NCBI GenBank assembly: GCA_944358525.1
Contig: CALVRI010000003.1
Span: 4,283 to 68,282, forward strand
Source of the DNA: an uncultured Bacilli bacterium
GTDB taxonomy: Bacteria; Bacillota_I; Bacilli_A; RF39; UBA660
DNA length: 64,000 nt
Direction of reading: 5' to 3'
In this document: in pieces, positions 27,831-37,645 of the stretch
How positions within the stretch are numbered: position 1 is the first letter of the stretch
Layout of the letters: each line of letters starts with the position of its first letter
Translations under genes and position numbers: made by a program
Notes under the pieces: model-generated
Seen by the model: only the letters and a program-made list of their open reading frames with translations
Told to the model about the DNA's origin: nothing
Databases searched by the model: none

Positions 27831-28559
27831 TTGATTTGTTTGAATATTAATACTAAGATCTTAAAAGATGGAACACCAATTTGTGAGATTATTCCAAAGC
27901 ATATGAAGGAAGTTCTTATATTATGTCATGGCTTAGGTGGAAACAAAAACTTTTTTCATCCATTGGAAGAAAAGTTAGCAGACATTAATATTGGTATTGT
28001 TTCCTTTGATTTTCCATATCATGGTGAAAGGAAAAATAAGTATACTACTTATACTGTAAAAAATTGTTTAAAAACAATTGATAATGTATATAAACATGTT
28101 ATTAAGCAATATGATGGAGTTAAAGTTAGTTTTATGGGCAAAAGTTTAGGATCATTATATTTATATGTATATTTACAACAAAAGTCCCCATTAGCCTATA
28201 AAGTTATTTTTCAAAGTTTACTATTAAATAATAAAGAAAAAATGGCTCATGATTTTTTTAATAATCCTAAAAATACAGATAAATATTTTTGTGTAGGTTA
28301 CGGAAGAAAATTACCCAAAAAGTTATTAGATGATTTGGATGAATTAGAAAGAAATCTATCAGATATAACTTGTACTGATAAGAAAAATATTTTGTTTATT
28401 CATGGAACAGCAGATACTATTGCCTCTTTAGAGAATGTAAGACAATTGTGTGATAAATTTCATTTTAATTTATATGAAATTGTAGGTGCCGATCATAATT
28501 TTAAAGTAAATAATTCAAAGAAAAAATTAAATGATAAAATTGTTGAATTCTTTAAATAA
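27831..28559 (+). CDS. alpha/beta hydrolase
   Basis: LCHGLGGNK, the nucleophile elbow GKSLGS, then HGTADT and GADH. Confidence 0.65.
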   Translation: MICLNINTKILKDGTPICEIIPKHMKEVLILCHGLGGNKNFFHPLEEKLADINIGIVSFDFPYHGERKNKYTTYTVKNCLKTIDNVYKHVIKQYDGVKVSFMGKSLGSLYLYVYLQQKSPLAYKVIFQSLLLNNKEKMAHDFFNNPKNTDKYFCVGYGRKLPKKLLDDLDELERNLSDITCTDKKNILFIHGTADTIASLENVRQLCDKFHFNLYEIVGADHNFKVNNSKKKLNDKIVEFFK

Positions 28560-28597
28560 TATAAGAATTATAGAAATGAAAGGTGCGTGATTATGTA

Positions 28598-29593
28598 ATG
28601 AAAAAAATAGTAATTTTTGGGACAGGCAAAGCTGCTAAATTGCATTATTTATCATACAAAAAATTTTTAAATCCTAATTTATTATTCTTTGTCGATCCTT
28701 TTCATAAGACCAATTATAGTGATATAAAAGTCTATAGTACTTTAAAAGAATTTTTGAATAATACTAATTATTCGCCTGATGATGTAATAGTTGATATTTG
28801 TACTCCCTGTTCTGTATTTCATTCAATAATTGAAGAATGTAAATTAAGTGGTTTGATAAATATTATTGTAGAAAAGCCATTTGTTACTAGTCGAAACGAG
28901 CTTGAAAACAAGTTTTCTGGCTTAAATATATGTATGGTACAAAATTATTTATATTCTGATATAACAAAAGAAATAAAAGAAATAATGACTGAAAATAATT
29001 TGTCGATAAAAACATTAACTATAGATTTTTCAAAAAATCGTATAATAGATAGTTTTAATAATAGAGGAATGGTTAAAAATTATACAACTAGTGTTTTTGA
29101 GGTTGAATTTCCACATGAACTTTATATTGCTGATTATTTTTTAAATTTAAATAAAGATTTTAGAATTATTTCATTAAATGTTAAAGATATGATTAAAGAC
29201 GGTAAAATATTAAAGAATCATGGTTATGGACAAATTGTTTGGAAAAAAGATGAAAAAAATGTTGTTTTAAAAAGTAATTTAATGTATTTTACAACAATTA
29301 AAAGAATAAATATTGAATTTGATGATGGAAAGTCTTTAGAAGCAAATTATTTAATATATGACAAAGATTTAAATGTGTTACATAAAGGAAATATATGTTT
29401 TGAGAATAAAAATCGTATAATATATCACAAAGAATTTTCAAGAGATGATAATATGCTTGAATGTTTAAAAGATTATTATTATTGTTTTTCTTTAAATAAA
29501 TATAATGATAAATATAAATCAAGAATTGTATCATTTTCTAATTTAATGAAAACAATTGAAGCAAAGGAAAAAGATTATGAAACGTGTAAATAA
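28598..29593 (+). CDS. Gfo/Idh/MocA-family NAD(P)-dependent oxidoreductase
   Basis: KIVIFGTGKAAKLH Rossmann motif and IIVEKP (EKP motif). The track start is a GTG at 28583. Confidence 0.6.
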   Translation: MKKIVIFGTGKAAKLHYLSYKKFLNPNLLFFVDPFHKTNYSDIKVYSTLKEFLNNTNYSPDDVIVDICTPCSVFHSIIEECKLSGLINIIVEKPFVTSRNELENKFSGLNICMVQNYLYSDITKEIKEIMTENNLSIKTLTIDFSKNRIIDSFNNRGMVKNYTTSVFEVEFPHELYIADYFLNLNKDFRIISLNVKDMIKDGKILKNHGYGQIVWKKDEKNVVLKSNLMYFTTIKRINIEFDDGKSLEANYLIYDKDLNVLHKGNICFENKNRIIYHKEFSRDDNMLECLKDYYYCFSLNKYNDKYKSRIVSFSNLMKTIEAKEKDYETCK

Positions 29594-30137
29594 GTATAAA
29601 AAGAAATTTGTAAATTTTCGATTAAAAATGACTAAAAGTGGTAAAAAAAGAGCAAAAATTTTAAAAGAAGAACAGGTTTTTTATCAGTTTGGTGAAAATA
29701 ATGAATGGCATCCATCAAAGGTTCCATCAAATTCTGAATTAATTTCTATTCACAATAATGTGGTTGTAGCAGCACATGTATATTTTTGTACACACGATTT
29801 AATCTCAACTGTATTTAATAATCAAGTAAATAGTAAGAAATACAAAATATTTTTAGGAACAATTGAAGTGTTTGATAATGTTTTTATCGGAGCAAATTCA
29901 ACAATTATGTATAATACTAAAATTGGACCAAATGCCATAGTTGCTGCTGGCTCTGTAGTTACAAAAGATGTTCCGGAAGGAAGTATTGTGGGAGGAAATC
30001 CTGCTAAAATTATAGGACAAGTTAATGATTTGAAACAAAAACGATTGATTTATCAAGATACTATGAAAGTATTTAATTCAAGCATGAATGATAGTCAACT
30101 AATTGATTATTTATGGAGGAATGGAAATGAAAAATAA
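29577..30137 (+). CDS. left-handed beta-helix (hexapeptide) O-acetyltransferase
   Basis: VFIGANSTIMYNTKIGPNAIVAAGSVVTKDVPEGSIVGGNPAKIIG. The start is uncertain (29556, 29577 or 29628). Confidence 0.7.
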   Translation: MKRVNKYKKKFVNFRLKMTKSGKKRAKILKEEQVFYQFGENNEWHPSKVPSNSELISIHNNVVVAAHVYFCTHDLISTVFNNQVNSKKYKIFLGTIEVFDNVFIGANSTIMYNTKIGPNAIVAAGSVVTKDVPEGSIVGGNPAKIIGQVNDLKQKRLIYQDTMKVFNSSMNDSQLIDYLWRNGNEK

Positions 30138-31752
30138 ATTTATCAATGTGTTAAAAAAACAGTTAGATGATAATGTTTCTCATCAATTTGATATAGCTTT
30201 TGTTGAATTAAGTAAAACCGATGTACATAAATCAATTACTTATGGTGAGTTTTATAAAAAAGTGTGTAAATTGGGAGAACAATTAATTCAAAATGGTTAT
30301 CAAAATATGAAAGTAATTCTATATATGTCTAATAATATAGATTCTATAATTAATTTGTTTTCTTGTTTTTATGCAAATATAATGCCTATTATAAAATCAT
30401 ACAATACAGGCAATATTGAGATTGATAAATATGTTGATGAAATAAATGTTTTATTAAATAATTTTAATAAGATAAATTATGTTTTTTTAGATAATATTTT
30501 ATATGAAAAAGTGAAAAATAAATTAAATATAGATAATGTTATTAATTTGAATAATATATGTCCAAATGATTTAATTTTTGAATGTAATGTTAAAAATGAT
30601 AATTTTGATTTTGTACTTTCAACATCTGGTTCAACAGCTATTCCAAAATGTGTAAAAATTAATATAGATAAAATGTTTTCAAACATTTTATTTGATAATA
30701 ATTTATGGAAAGTAAATAAAAATTCGAAATTTTTAAATTGGTTACCTATATCTCATATATATGGGCTAACTTCAATTGTTTTTATACCTTTGTATTTTGG
30801 AGCTACGTCATATCTAATGAAACCTCACGATTATTATGATAATTGTTATCTTTGGATTGAGTCTATTTCCAAATATAGAATAACTCATACTTCAATTATT
30901 AATTTTGCTTTAAATCAATTGTCGCTTATAGATAATATAGATGATAATATAGATTTATCTAGTTTACAAAATCTTTCAATTGGTGGTGAAAGTGTCAAGT
31001 TAAATTCAGTTAGGACTTTTTATAATAAATATAAAAAATATAATTTAAAATTTAATGTATTTTCGCCAAGCTATGGTATGTCAGAGAATAGTGGATTAGT
31101 ATCTGAATATAAAAGTGATTTTGGTCAGCCTTTATCCATTAAAGTTGATAGGAAACTTTTGATTGAAGGAAAGATGAAAGAAGATAAAGATGGAATTGAA
31201 ATCGTAAATTTAGGTCAAATTGATAAAAGCAATGTGTTAATATCTTCAAAAAATGGTGATTATTATAATAATGACGATGAAATAGGCGAAGTTGTTTTAA
31301 ATGATAAATCATTATGCTCTGGATATTTAAATAATAATCAAGAATTTCCTAAATACTTTCATACTGGTGATTTAGGTTTTATTCATAATGACTGTTTATA
31401 TTTATGTGGAAGAATTAAAGATGTTATTGTAATTAGAGGTAAAAATTTTGCTTCTTCATTAATTTGCGATACTATTTCAAATACCTTGTCAAAAAGCAAT
31501 GTTGGTATAAATACATTTATTACTTTACCAGATAATGATGATTCTATATATTTCGTACAAGAAGTATTAAAGCCATTAAACACACAAGCATTAAAGCTAG
31601 AAATTCAAGAAGTAATAAAATCTTATACTAAATATGATATTCCATTAGAAAATATTATTCTTATAAAAAGTAGTGATTTACCAAAATTATCAAGTGGTAA
31701 GTTAGATAAAATTACATTAACAAACTTAATAATGGGTGGTGTGTTAAAATGA
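30127..31752 (+). CDS. adenylate-forming enzyme (fatty acyl-AMP ligase-like)
   Basis: LSTSGSTAIPKCV (A3 core), YGMSEN, HTGDLGF, GRIKDVIVIRGKN and SSGKLDK. The ATG at 30127 lies 6 nt after GGAGGA. Confidence 0.8.
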   Translation: MKNKFINVLKKQLDDNVSHQFDIAFVELSKTDVHKSITYGEFYKKVCKLGEQLIQNGYQNMKVILYMSNNIDSIINLFSCFYANIMPIIKSYNTGNIEIDKYVDEINVLLNNFNKINYVFLDNILYEKVKNKLNIDNVINLNNICPNDLIFECNVKNDNFDFVLSTSGSTAIPKCVKINIDKMFSNILFDNNLWKVNKNSKFLNWLPISHIYGLTSIVFIPLYFGATSYLMKPHDYYDNCYLWIESISKYRITHTSIINFALNQLSLIDNIDDNIDLSSLQNLSIGGESVKLNSVRTFYNKYKKYNLKFNVFSPSYGMSENSGLVSEYKSDFGQPLSIKVDRKLLIEGKMKEDKDGIEIVNLGQIDKSNVLISSKNGDYYNNDDEIGEVVLNDKSLCSGYLNNNQEFPKYFHTGDLGFIHNDCLYLCGRIKDVIVIRGKNFASSLICDTISNTLSKSNVGINTFITLPDNDDSIYFVQEVLKPLNTQALKLEIQEVIKSYTKYDIPLENIILIKSSDLPKLSSGKLDKITLTNLIMGGVLK

Positions 31753-32600
31753 GACGATTGTCAATTAGGACTGAAGATAATATTAATTTGAAAGGCTTTC
31801 TTTTTACTTCTAAAATAAAAACAAAAAAGTGTGTTTTATTTATACCCGGATTAGAAGGTAACTATATTGAGTGTGATTTTATTGATTTATTGGCTGAGGT
31901 ATTTACAAATAATAATTATGATTTTCTTTGTTCACATATTAGAAGTTCAATGCAAATGTTTAATAGCCAACCTAGACTCGGTGAAAAATATCCTATTTTA
32001 ACTGGTGCAGCTTTTGAAAAATTTACTGATTGTACATTGGATATTAATGCGTGGATGGATGAACTTGTCTCCCTTGGGTATTCAGAAATTTATGTGGTTA
32101 GTCATAGCTATGGAAGTAATAAAATGATTTATTATTTAAATAGGGTGCATAAATATGATAATTATTTGAAAAAAATTGTTTTAATTTCGCCAATAGATTG
32201 TGTTGGTAGAAATAGAAAAAGGCATAATTATACTGAATTAATAAATACTGCACAAAAGAATATACGAGAAGGAAACGGAAAACAATTAATGTTTTGTGGT
32301 TTCTTTTATCAAACCTATGAAAATTTTATAGATTTTATGACTAATCCTTCAGTCGATAATTTCCCTATTTTTTCTCTTGGAAGTAAGAACTTTAATGAGT
32401 TTAATAATATTAAAATTCCTAAAATACTGGTATATGGTGAACAAGAACATAAGTATGTTGAAATAATTAATGATTTAATTGATAGAAAAATAATTAATTC
32501 ATCATTATATGTTGTAAAAGGAGCTAATCATAATTATATAGGTAGTGAGAAAGAACTGTCTAAAGATGTTTTTAAGTTAATGGGGAGTGAGTTACAATGA
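31749..32600 (+). CDS. alpha/beta hydrolase-fold protein
   Basis: VVSHSYGSN nucleophile-elbow-like motif and a C-terminal GANHNY. ATGA overlap with the ligase gene. Confidence 0.5.
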   Translation: MRRLSIRTEDNINLKGFLFTSKIKTKKCVLFIPGLEGNYIECDFIDLLAEVFTNNNYDFLCSHIRSSMQMFNSQPRLGEKYPILTGAAFEKFTDCTLDINAWMDELVSLGYSEIYVVSHSYGSNKMIYYLNRVHKYDNYLKKIVLISPIDCVGRNRKRHNYTELINTAQKNIREGNGKQLMFCGFFYQTYENFIDFMTNPSVDNFPIFSLGSKNFNEFNNIKIPKILVYGEQEHKYVEIINDLIDRKIINSSLYVVKGANHNYIGSEKELSKDVFKLMGSELQ

Positions 32601-33628
32601 TAAAAATAACTATACTACATGCTGGAATAAATCATCCAAGCCCTTTTATTCACAGTTTATGTATAGAATTAGATAAATATGATGACATAAAATATGAAAT
32701 TAATCCCGCATTGCCTACTGAAAAATCTACATATAATTGTCATGTGTTATATTTTCATCGTTTGAAAAGATATTATGATTCGAATGATATGAATAGTGGT
32801 GTTGAATTTATTAATAATGTAAAAAAATTGAAAATATTAGGGTATAAAATTGCGTGGACAATTCATAATTTTTTACCAATAGATAGAAAAATAACTGAAG
32901 TTGATGAATTTGTTCTAAGGCAATTCTTATCTTTAGCCGACTGTTTATTCACACTAACAAACAATATGAAGCAGTCATTAAAAAATAATTTTAACGTTGA
33001 TTCTATTATGCATTCAATTGGTGTAAACACTTTAGATGGTTGGTTTGATAAAGAGACTATAGATTTGAGCTTTTTACCTGATAATGCATTTTTAATTACA
33101 TTTGTAGGTAATGTTGCACCATACAAGCAAATTCAAAAGATAATCGATTATTTTAATCAGATCTATAATGATAATACATATTTATTAATTGCTGGACAAC
33201 AAGCAAAAAATATTGATATTCATTTAAATATTAATAATGCTAATATTATTAGATATGATAAATTTGTTGGAGCTAGTAGTTGGGATAGAATATGTAAAAA
33301 GACAAATGTTTTTATTAATTTATATGATTTAAACTATGAGAATTTTAAATATGGATTTTTTCCTTCAAACTCTGTAACACTATTTCAAAAAGGAATAAAA
33401 GTTATTACTCCGAATTCTGAAATAGTTAATGAACTTTTACCTGAAGAGGCAAGAATATCATTTGATTTTAATAACGATGAATCTTTATTAAAAAGTATGG
33501 AAACAGTTATTAAACAGAATAAGAAACTTGTATTTGATGTCAATAATGATATTAGTAATAAATATAGTTGGGCAAAAACGACTCAAATTGTTGTAGAGTC
33601 TTTGAGAAACTTGTTTGAGAAAGAGTAG
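32597..33628 (+). CDS. glycosyltransferase-like protein (GT-B/GT4-like, weak)
   Basis: The size and the two-domain pattern, with a C-terminal FVGN...LLIAGQ segment, are suggestive only. Confidence 0.35.
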   Translation: MIKITILHAGINHPSPFIHSLCIELDKYDDIKYEINPALPTEKSTYNCHVLYFHRLKRYYDSNDMNSGVEFINNVKKLKILGYKIAWTIHNFLPIDRKITEVDEFVLRQFLSLADCLFTLTNNMKQSLKNNFNVDSIMHSIGVNTLDGWFDKETIDLSFLPDNAFLITFVGNVAPYKQIQKIIDYFNQIYNDNTYLLIAGQQAKNIDIHLNINNANIIRYDKFVGASSWDRICKKTNVFINLYDLNYENFKYGFFPSNSVTLFQKGIKVITPNSEIVNELLPEEARISFDFNNDESLLKSMETVIKQNKKLVFDVNNDISNKYSWAKTTQIVVESLRNLFEKE

Positions 33629-33637
33629 TAATTTGAT

Positions 33638-34396
33638 ATGGTAATATTTAGTGCAATCAATGATGAGATTGGTAATACTTTAACAGAACAGTTAAAATGT
33701 TTAAGAAAAAATAAAGTAAAATTCATTGAATTTAGAAAAATTGATAATAAGTTTCTTTTTGAATTAAGCAAAATAGAGTTAAATACAGTATTACAATTAT
33801 TGAAGCAAAATAAAATTTTGGTATCTATGATTGATACACCAATAGGTAAGCCAAAATATCAATTTTCCGAAGAAGATATATATTTGATTTTTGATAAATA
33901 TATAAAAATTGCAAAAATGTTTAATACTAATAAGTTACGTATTTTTAGTGATATAACAGATAATATTTTGATACATTTATGTAAAGTTGCTCAAAAAAAT
34001 AGTATAGATTTATTTATGGAAAATGAGAAAGGTACTCAATTTACATCTTTTGATTATTTTGTTAATTTACAAAATAAAATAAAAATGAAGAATTTATTTG
34101 TTTTGTATGATGTTGAAAATTATTTTTCATGTAATGGTAAAGAACAATATTTAAAAGATTTTAACAAATATTCTAATATCATTAAATATGTACATTTAAG
34201 AGATTATGACAATAATTATACTATTATTACAAATGGACAATTAGATATTGTTGGTGTTTTAAATCAAATGTTAAATAAACCGTTTGATATTTGTGTTTCG
34301 ATTGAATCCCATTTACCAATGATATCTTTTAAAGATAAAAAAGATTTATTTTCTAAAAATATGAAAGAAATACGTAAAAAAATACATAGGGAGTGA
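33638..34396 (+). CDS. xylose-isomerase-like TIM-barrel protein (sugar phosphate isomerase/epimerase family)
   Basis: LRIFS, FMENE and YVHLRD follow the spacing typical of the AP_endonuc_2 fold. Confidence 0.45.
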   Translation: MVIFSAINDEIGNTLTEQLKCLRKNKVKFIEFRKIDNKFLFELSKIELNTVLQLLKQNKILVSMIDTPIGKPKYQFSEEDIYLIFDKYIKIAKMFNTNKLRIFSDITDNILIHLCKVAQKNSIDLFMENEKGTQFTSFDYFVNLQNKIKMKNLFVLYDVENYFSCNGKEQYLKDFNKYSNIIKYVHLRDYDNNYTIITNGQLDIVGVLNQMLNKPFDICVSIESHLPMISFKDKKDLFSKNMKEIRKKIHRE

Positions 34397-34400
34397 TAGC

Positions 34401-35387
34401 ATGGAAAATAGTAAGATTTTTCATTATACAAATTTATTGAGAGTTGAATTGAGCAATGAGATTGATACATCTGAAATTGAGAATTATTTCCCTCAAACAA
34501 TTTCTGAAAAGCAATCTGATTATAATTCTGACTATACTATTAATTATAATTTATCTCAATATAATTATTTAAAAAATATTTTACCATCTTTTGATTTACA
34601 AGGCAAAAAATTTCCATATAGATCTGCTCCAGCGATTAGTAAAAATATTGACGGATGGACATTAAGCTATTTTTTCCCAAATAGATATTCTGAAGATTAT
34701 TTTGTAGCCATAAATCAAGGCAAGATATGTATTTTTGCTAATAAGTATGATTCCAATATAGTAATTCGTATTTTAAATGAATTAATTGTAAGAAAATTAT
34801 TAGAAAAAAATTATTTTCCAATTCATGCTTCTGCAATCGTAAATTTAGATGATGGTAAAACAGATTTGTTTTTTGGAGGTAAAGGTTCTGGTAAATCAAC
34901 TATGTTTTTTGAAAAAACTGTAAATGGAAATTACTTGCCTTTAGCAAATGATGTTTGTTTTGTTGGTGTTGAAAATGGGCAAGCTATGGTTTATTCTATG
35001 ACGTATGATATTACTTTTCATAAATCATTGCTTGTAAATAATAATAATGATTTTAATATAAAAGATGATAAAATTAGATGTAATCCTCTTCAATTTTGTC
35101 AATTTATTGATAAATCTTGGATATATGTTGCACCATTAAAATCTTTAAATTATACAGCTTTAAATTTATCTGACGATTTTGAAATTCAACAAATATCAGC
35201 TGAAAATATGCATGAATTATTATTAAAATATGGAAAAGATAGGGACTTTACGTTTGATGATGTATTAAATATTAATAATTTATATCCAAATTATGACTAC
35301 GACAATTTAATTAAGCATGTATCTTTGTTAAACAGTATTAAAGGCAATGTTATAGATAGAAATAAAACAAAAAGACAAATTTATTAG
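34401..35387 (+). CDS. HPr-kinase C-terminal-domain-like P-loop protein (paralogue 2)
   Basis: FPIHASAIVNLDDGKTDLFFGGKGSGKSTMFFE...LANDVCFV has the same architecture as the 27042 product. Confidence 0.5.
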   Translation: MENSKIFHYTNLLRVELSNEIDTSEIENYFPQTISEKQSDYNSDYTINYNLSQYNYLKNILPSFDLQGKKFPYRSAPAISKNIDGWTLSYFFPNRYSEDYFVAINQGKICIFANKYDSNIVIRILNELIVRKLLEKNYFPIHASAIVNLDDGKTDLFFGGKGSGKSTMFFEKTVNGNYLPLANDVCFVGVENGQAMVYSMTYDITFHKSLLVNNNNDFNIKDDKIRCNPLQFCQFIDKSWIYVAPLKSLNYTALNLSDDFEIQQISAENMHELLLKYGKDRDFTFDDVLNINNLYPNYDYDNLIKHVSLLNSIKGNVIDRNKTKRQIY

Positions 35388-35397
35388 GAGGTATAAT

Positions 35398-36852
35398 ATG
35401 ATGTATTATTTATATGATGATATACAAACTATTATTCAAGAATTAGAAAAGCATAATTTAACTGTTGTTTTTAAGGAAGATGAGATTACAGTTTATGGAA
35501 TGGATGATTTTTTAGTAATAGAAATTAAAAAGATTGATAACTCTATAAGAACATTTTCAATTCCTTTAAAAAGTGTTTGTTATGAATTATTAATTAATAA
35601 GTCGATTAAAGATAATTTATATAAATTAGTATCTAAAATAGTTAGCGAGAAATGTTTGGAATATAGCAGCAATGAAATTTTAACGATATTAAATGATATG
35701 AAAATAACAAAGGATTACTCTGAAAAAAATAAAGGTATATTAAAAAATGTTGCTATAATTTGGAGAGATCATTTCTTGGAAGAAAATATTGGTTTATTAT
35801 CTGGTTTTGTTACGCTCGGAGTTAAACCTAATGATATACTTGCTTTAGATAAAGGAGATAGTACTGCACATCGATTTGAAATTACTGCAACATTTAAAAA
35901 AATGGGATTTAATGTGGATGTTTTAGATAATTCTTCACTTGATGATGATAAATTAATGGCAGTTGGAACAAATATGGTGAGTGATTTTATTAATAAAAGA
36001 AAAGACAAGAAAATAATAATTTTAGATGATGGTGCAATTATTACTAAAATTCTAAATAAAGTTCATTTTGATAATATTATTTCTGTTATTGAATTAACGG
36101 AAATGGGGTTGAGGCGAATTAATAAGTTGAATAAAATTGATTATCCTGTTTTAAATGTTGCCAAAACTAAATTAAAAAGAAATTTAGTATATCCCGAAAT
36201 ATCAAATTCTTTATTTATTAGAATTACAGAGTTACTTGGTGGAGAAAAATTGGTCGGAAGATCTGCAATATTATGTGGGTATGGAGACATGGGTGAAATA
36301 CTTGCCGAAAGATTAAGAAGTTTTGGAGTTCGTGTTTCGGTCGTAGATACAGATACTATGAGGTTAATTGTTGCTGGTGAAAGAGGATTTAATACTTATA
36401 GGAATATTGTTGACGCAGTTAAAAATGAACATCCATTTATAATTATTGGTGCTTCTGGTTATTATAGTATTACAAAAGATATTTTTCCTTATCTTTCTGA
36501 AAAAACATATATTACAGCTGGAGCAACTGCGGATTTGAAAGTATTTGATAATTACAAGAATAGTTCTGTTTATGTTCCAAAATTAGGTACAATATATTCA
36601 ATTGACAATAAAAATATTATTGTACTTGGTAATGGTCGTTCTGTTAATTTATATTATTCTGAAGCAATTCCAAATAAATCCAATGATATATTTAAGGCTG
36701 GTACATTAGTTACTGCATGTAATTCAGTAATTCATGCTAACGAATTAATATCAGGTGTCTCATTAAATGTTGTGGACGATTGGATAAGAAATTCAGGAAT
36801 ATTAGAAGAATATTACGATTTATATATTAATCGTGTAAAAGAAAATAAATAG
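35398..36852 (+). CDS. divergent S-adenosylhomocysteine-hydrolase-fold NAD-binding protein
   Basis: Collinear with AdoHcyase blocks: DKGDSTAH (vs CN..STQD), IILDDGA (vs DDGGD), ELTEMGLRR (vs EETTTGV.RL), LNVAKTKLK (vs NVNDSVTK), GRSAILCGYGDMGEILAERLRSFGVRVSVVDTD (vs GK.a.V.GYGDVGKG.A..lr..GA.V.VtEiDP). Several catalytic-block residues are substituted. Confidence 0.5.
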   Translation: MMYYLYDDIQTIIQELEKHNLTVVFKEDEITVYGMDDFLVIEIKKIDNSIRTFSIPLKSVCYELLINKSIKDNLYKLVSKIVSEKCLEYSSNEILTILNDMKITKDYSEKNKGILKNVAIIWRDHFLEENIGLLSGFVTLGVKPNDILALDKGDSTAHRFEITATFKKMGFNVDVLDNSSLDDDKLMAVGTNMVSDFINKRKDKKIIILDDGAIITKILNKVHFDNIISVIELTEMGLRRINKLNKIDYPVLNVAKTKLKRNLVYPEISNSLFIRITELLGGEKLVGRSAILCGYGDMGEILAERLRSFGVRVSVVDTDTMRLIVAGERGFNTYRNIVDAVKNEHPFIIIGASGYYSITKDIFPYLSEKTYITAGATADLKVFDNYKNSSVYVPKLGTIYSIDNKNIIVLGNGRSVNLYYSEAIPNKSNDIFKAGTLVTACNSVIHANELISGVSLNVVDDWIRNSGILEEYYDLYINRVKENK

Positions 36853-36862
36853 GTGAAATATT

Positions 36863-37630
36863 ATGATGGTGAAAACGAAATATAGTATTATTAGTAGGGG
36901 AACAGAACAATATTCTAAACATGGATATATGGGAATAAGCGAGCCTGTTTTGAGTAAACAATATATATTAGATGTTGATCATGGTGTTTTAGAAAGTGAG
37001 TTAAATGATCACGTTTTGGAATTTAAAGCTAATACTTATTCATTATGTAATATTGCTGTTTCAAGATTTGAGCTAATTTCAAGACTTGTATTTGAACGAT
37101 TTAAGGTAAAGGATAATATTTTAATATTAGGATTTGGTAATATAGGATTTACTTGCTTATTATCTTTGTTAAAATCTGGTTATAAAAACATTAGTGTTTT
37201 TGTAAGAAATATCAAAGTAGATATAAAACCTTTAGAAGATAAATTTAACATTAAAGTGAATTTTGTGAAAAAGATTGACGATTCTTATGTAACTTATATT
37301 GACACGACTGGTTCATCCAATATTATTCAAGAAATGATTGAACAAAGTTCTTCACTCAAAGATATAATTATATTGAGTACTCCAAGAGAGTCGAAGTATC
37401 TTATTGATCCATTAATTATTAATAGAAAAAATTTAACGATAGTAGGTGGCCATGAACTAAATGGTATTGATAAAATATGGAGGAATAATCTTTTTAATAA
37501 GATTTTGGAAGAAAATTTAAATATAGAAGATATTTTAATCTCATATATTTCAGTAAGTGAATATAGTGAAAGTAATGTAAATCAATTAAGAAGCCATAAG
37601 AAAAAATTAATTGATATTATTAAATATTAA
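36863..37630 (+). CDS. short MDR/alcohol-dehydrogenase-like Rossmann protein
   Basis: ILILGFGNIGFTCLLSLLKSGYKNISVFVRN nucleotide-binding motif. It lacks the usual zinc-ligand N-terminal domain. Confidence 0.4.
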   Translation: MMVKTKYSIISRGTEQYSKHGYMGISEPVLSKQYILDVDHGVLESELNDHVLEFKANTYSLCNIAVSRFELISRLVFERFKVKDNILILGFGNIGFTCLLSLLKSGYKNISVFVRNIKVDIKPLEDKFNIKVNFVKKIDDSYVTYIDTTGSSNIIQEMIEQSSSLKDIIILSTPRESKYLIDPLIINRKNLTIVGGHELNGIDKIWRNNLFNKILEENLNIEDILISYISVSEYSESNVNQLRSHKKKLIDIIKY

Positions 37631-37645
37631 AAGGGAGATAATAAA

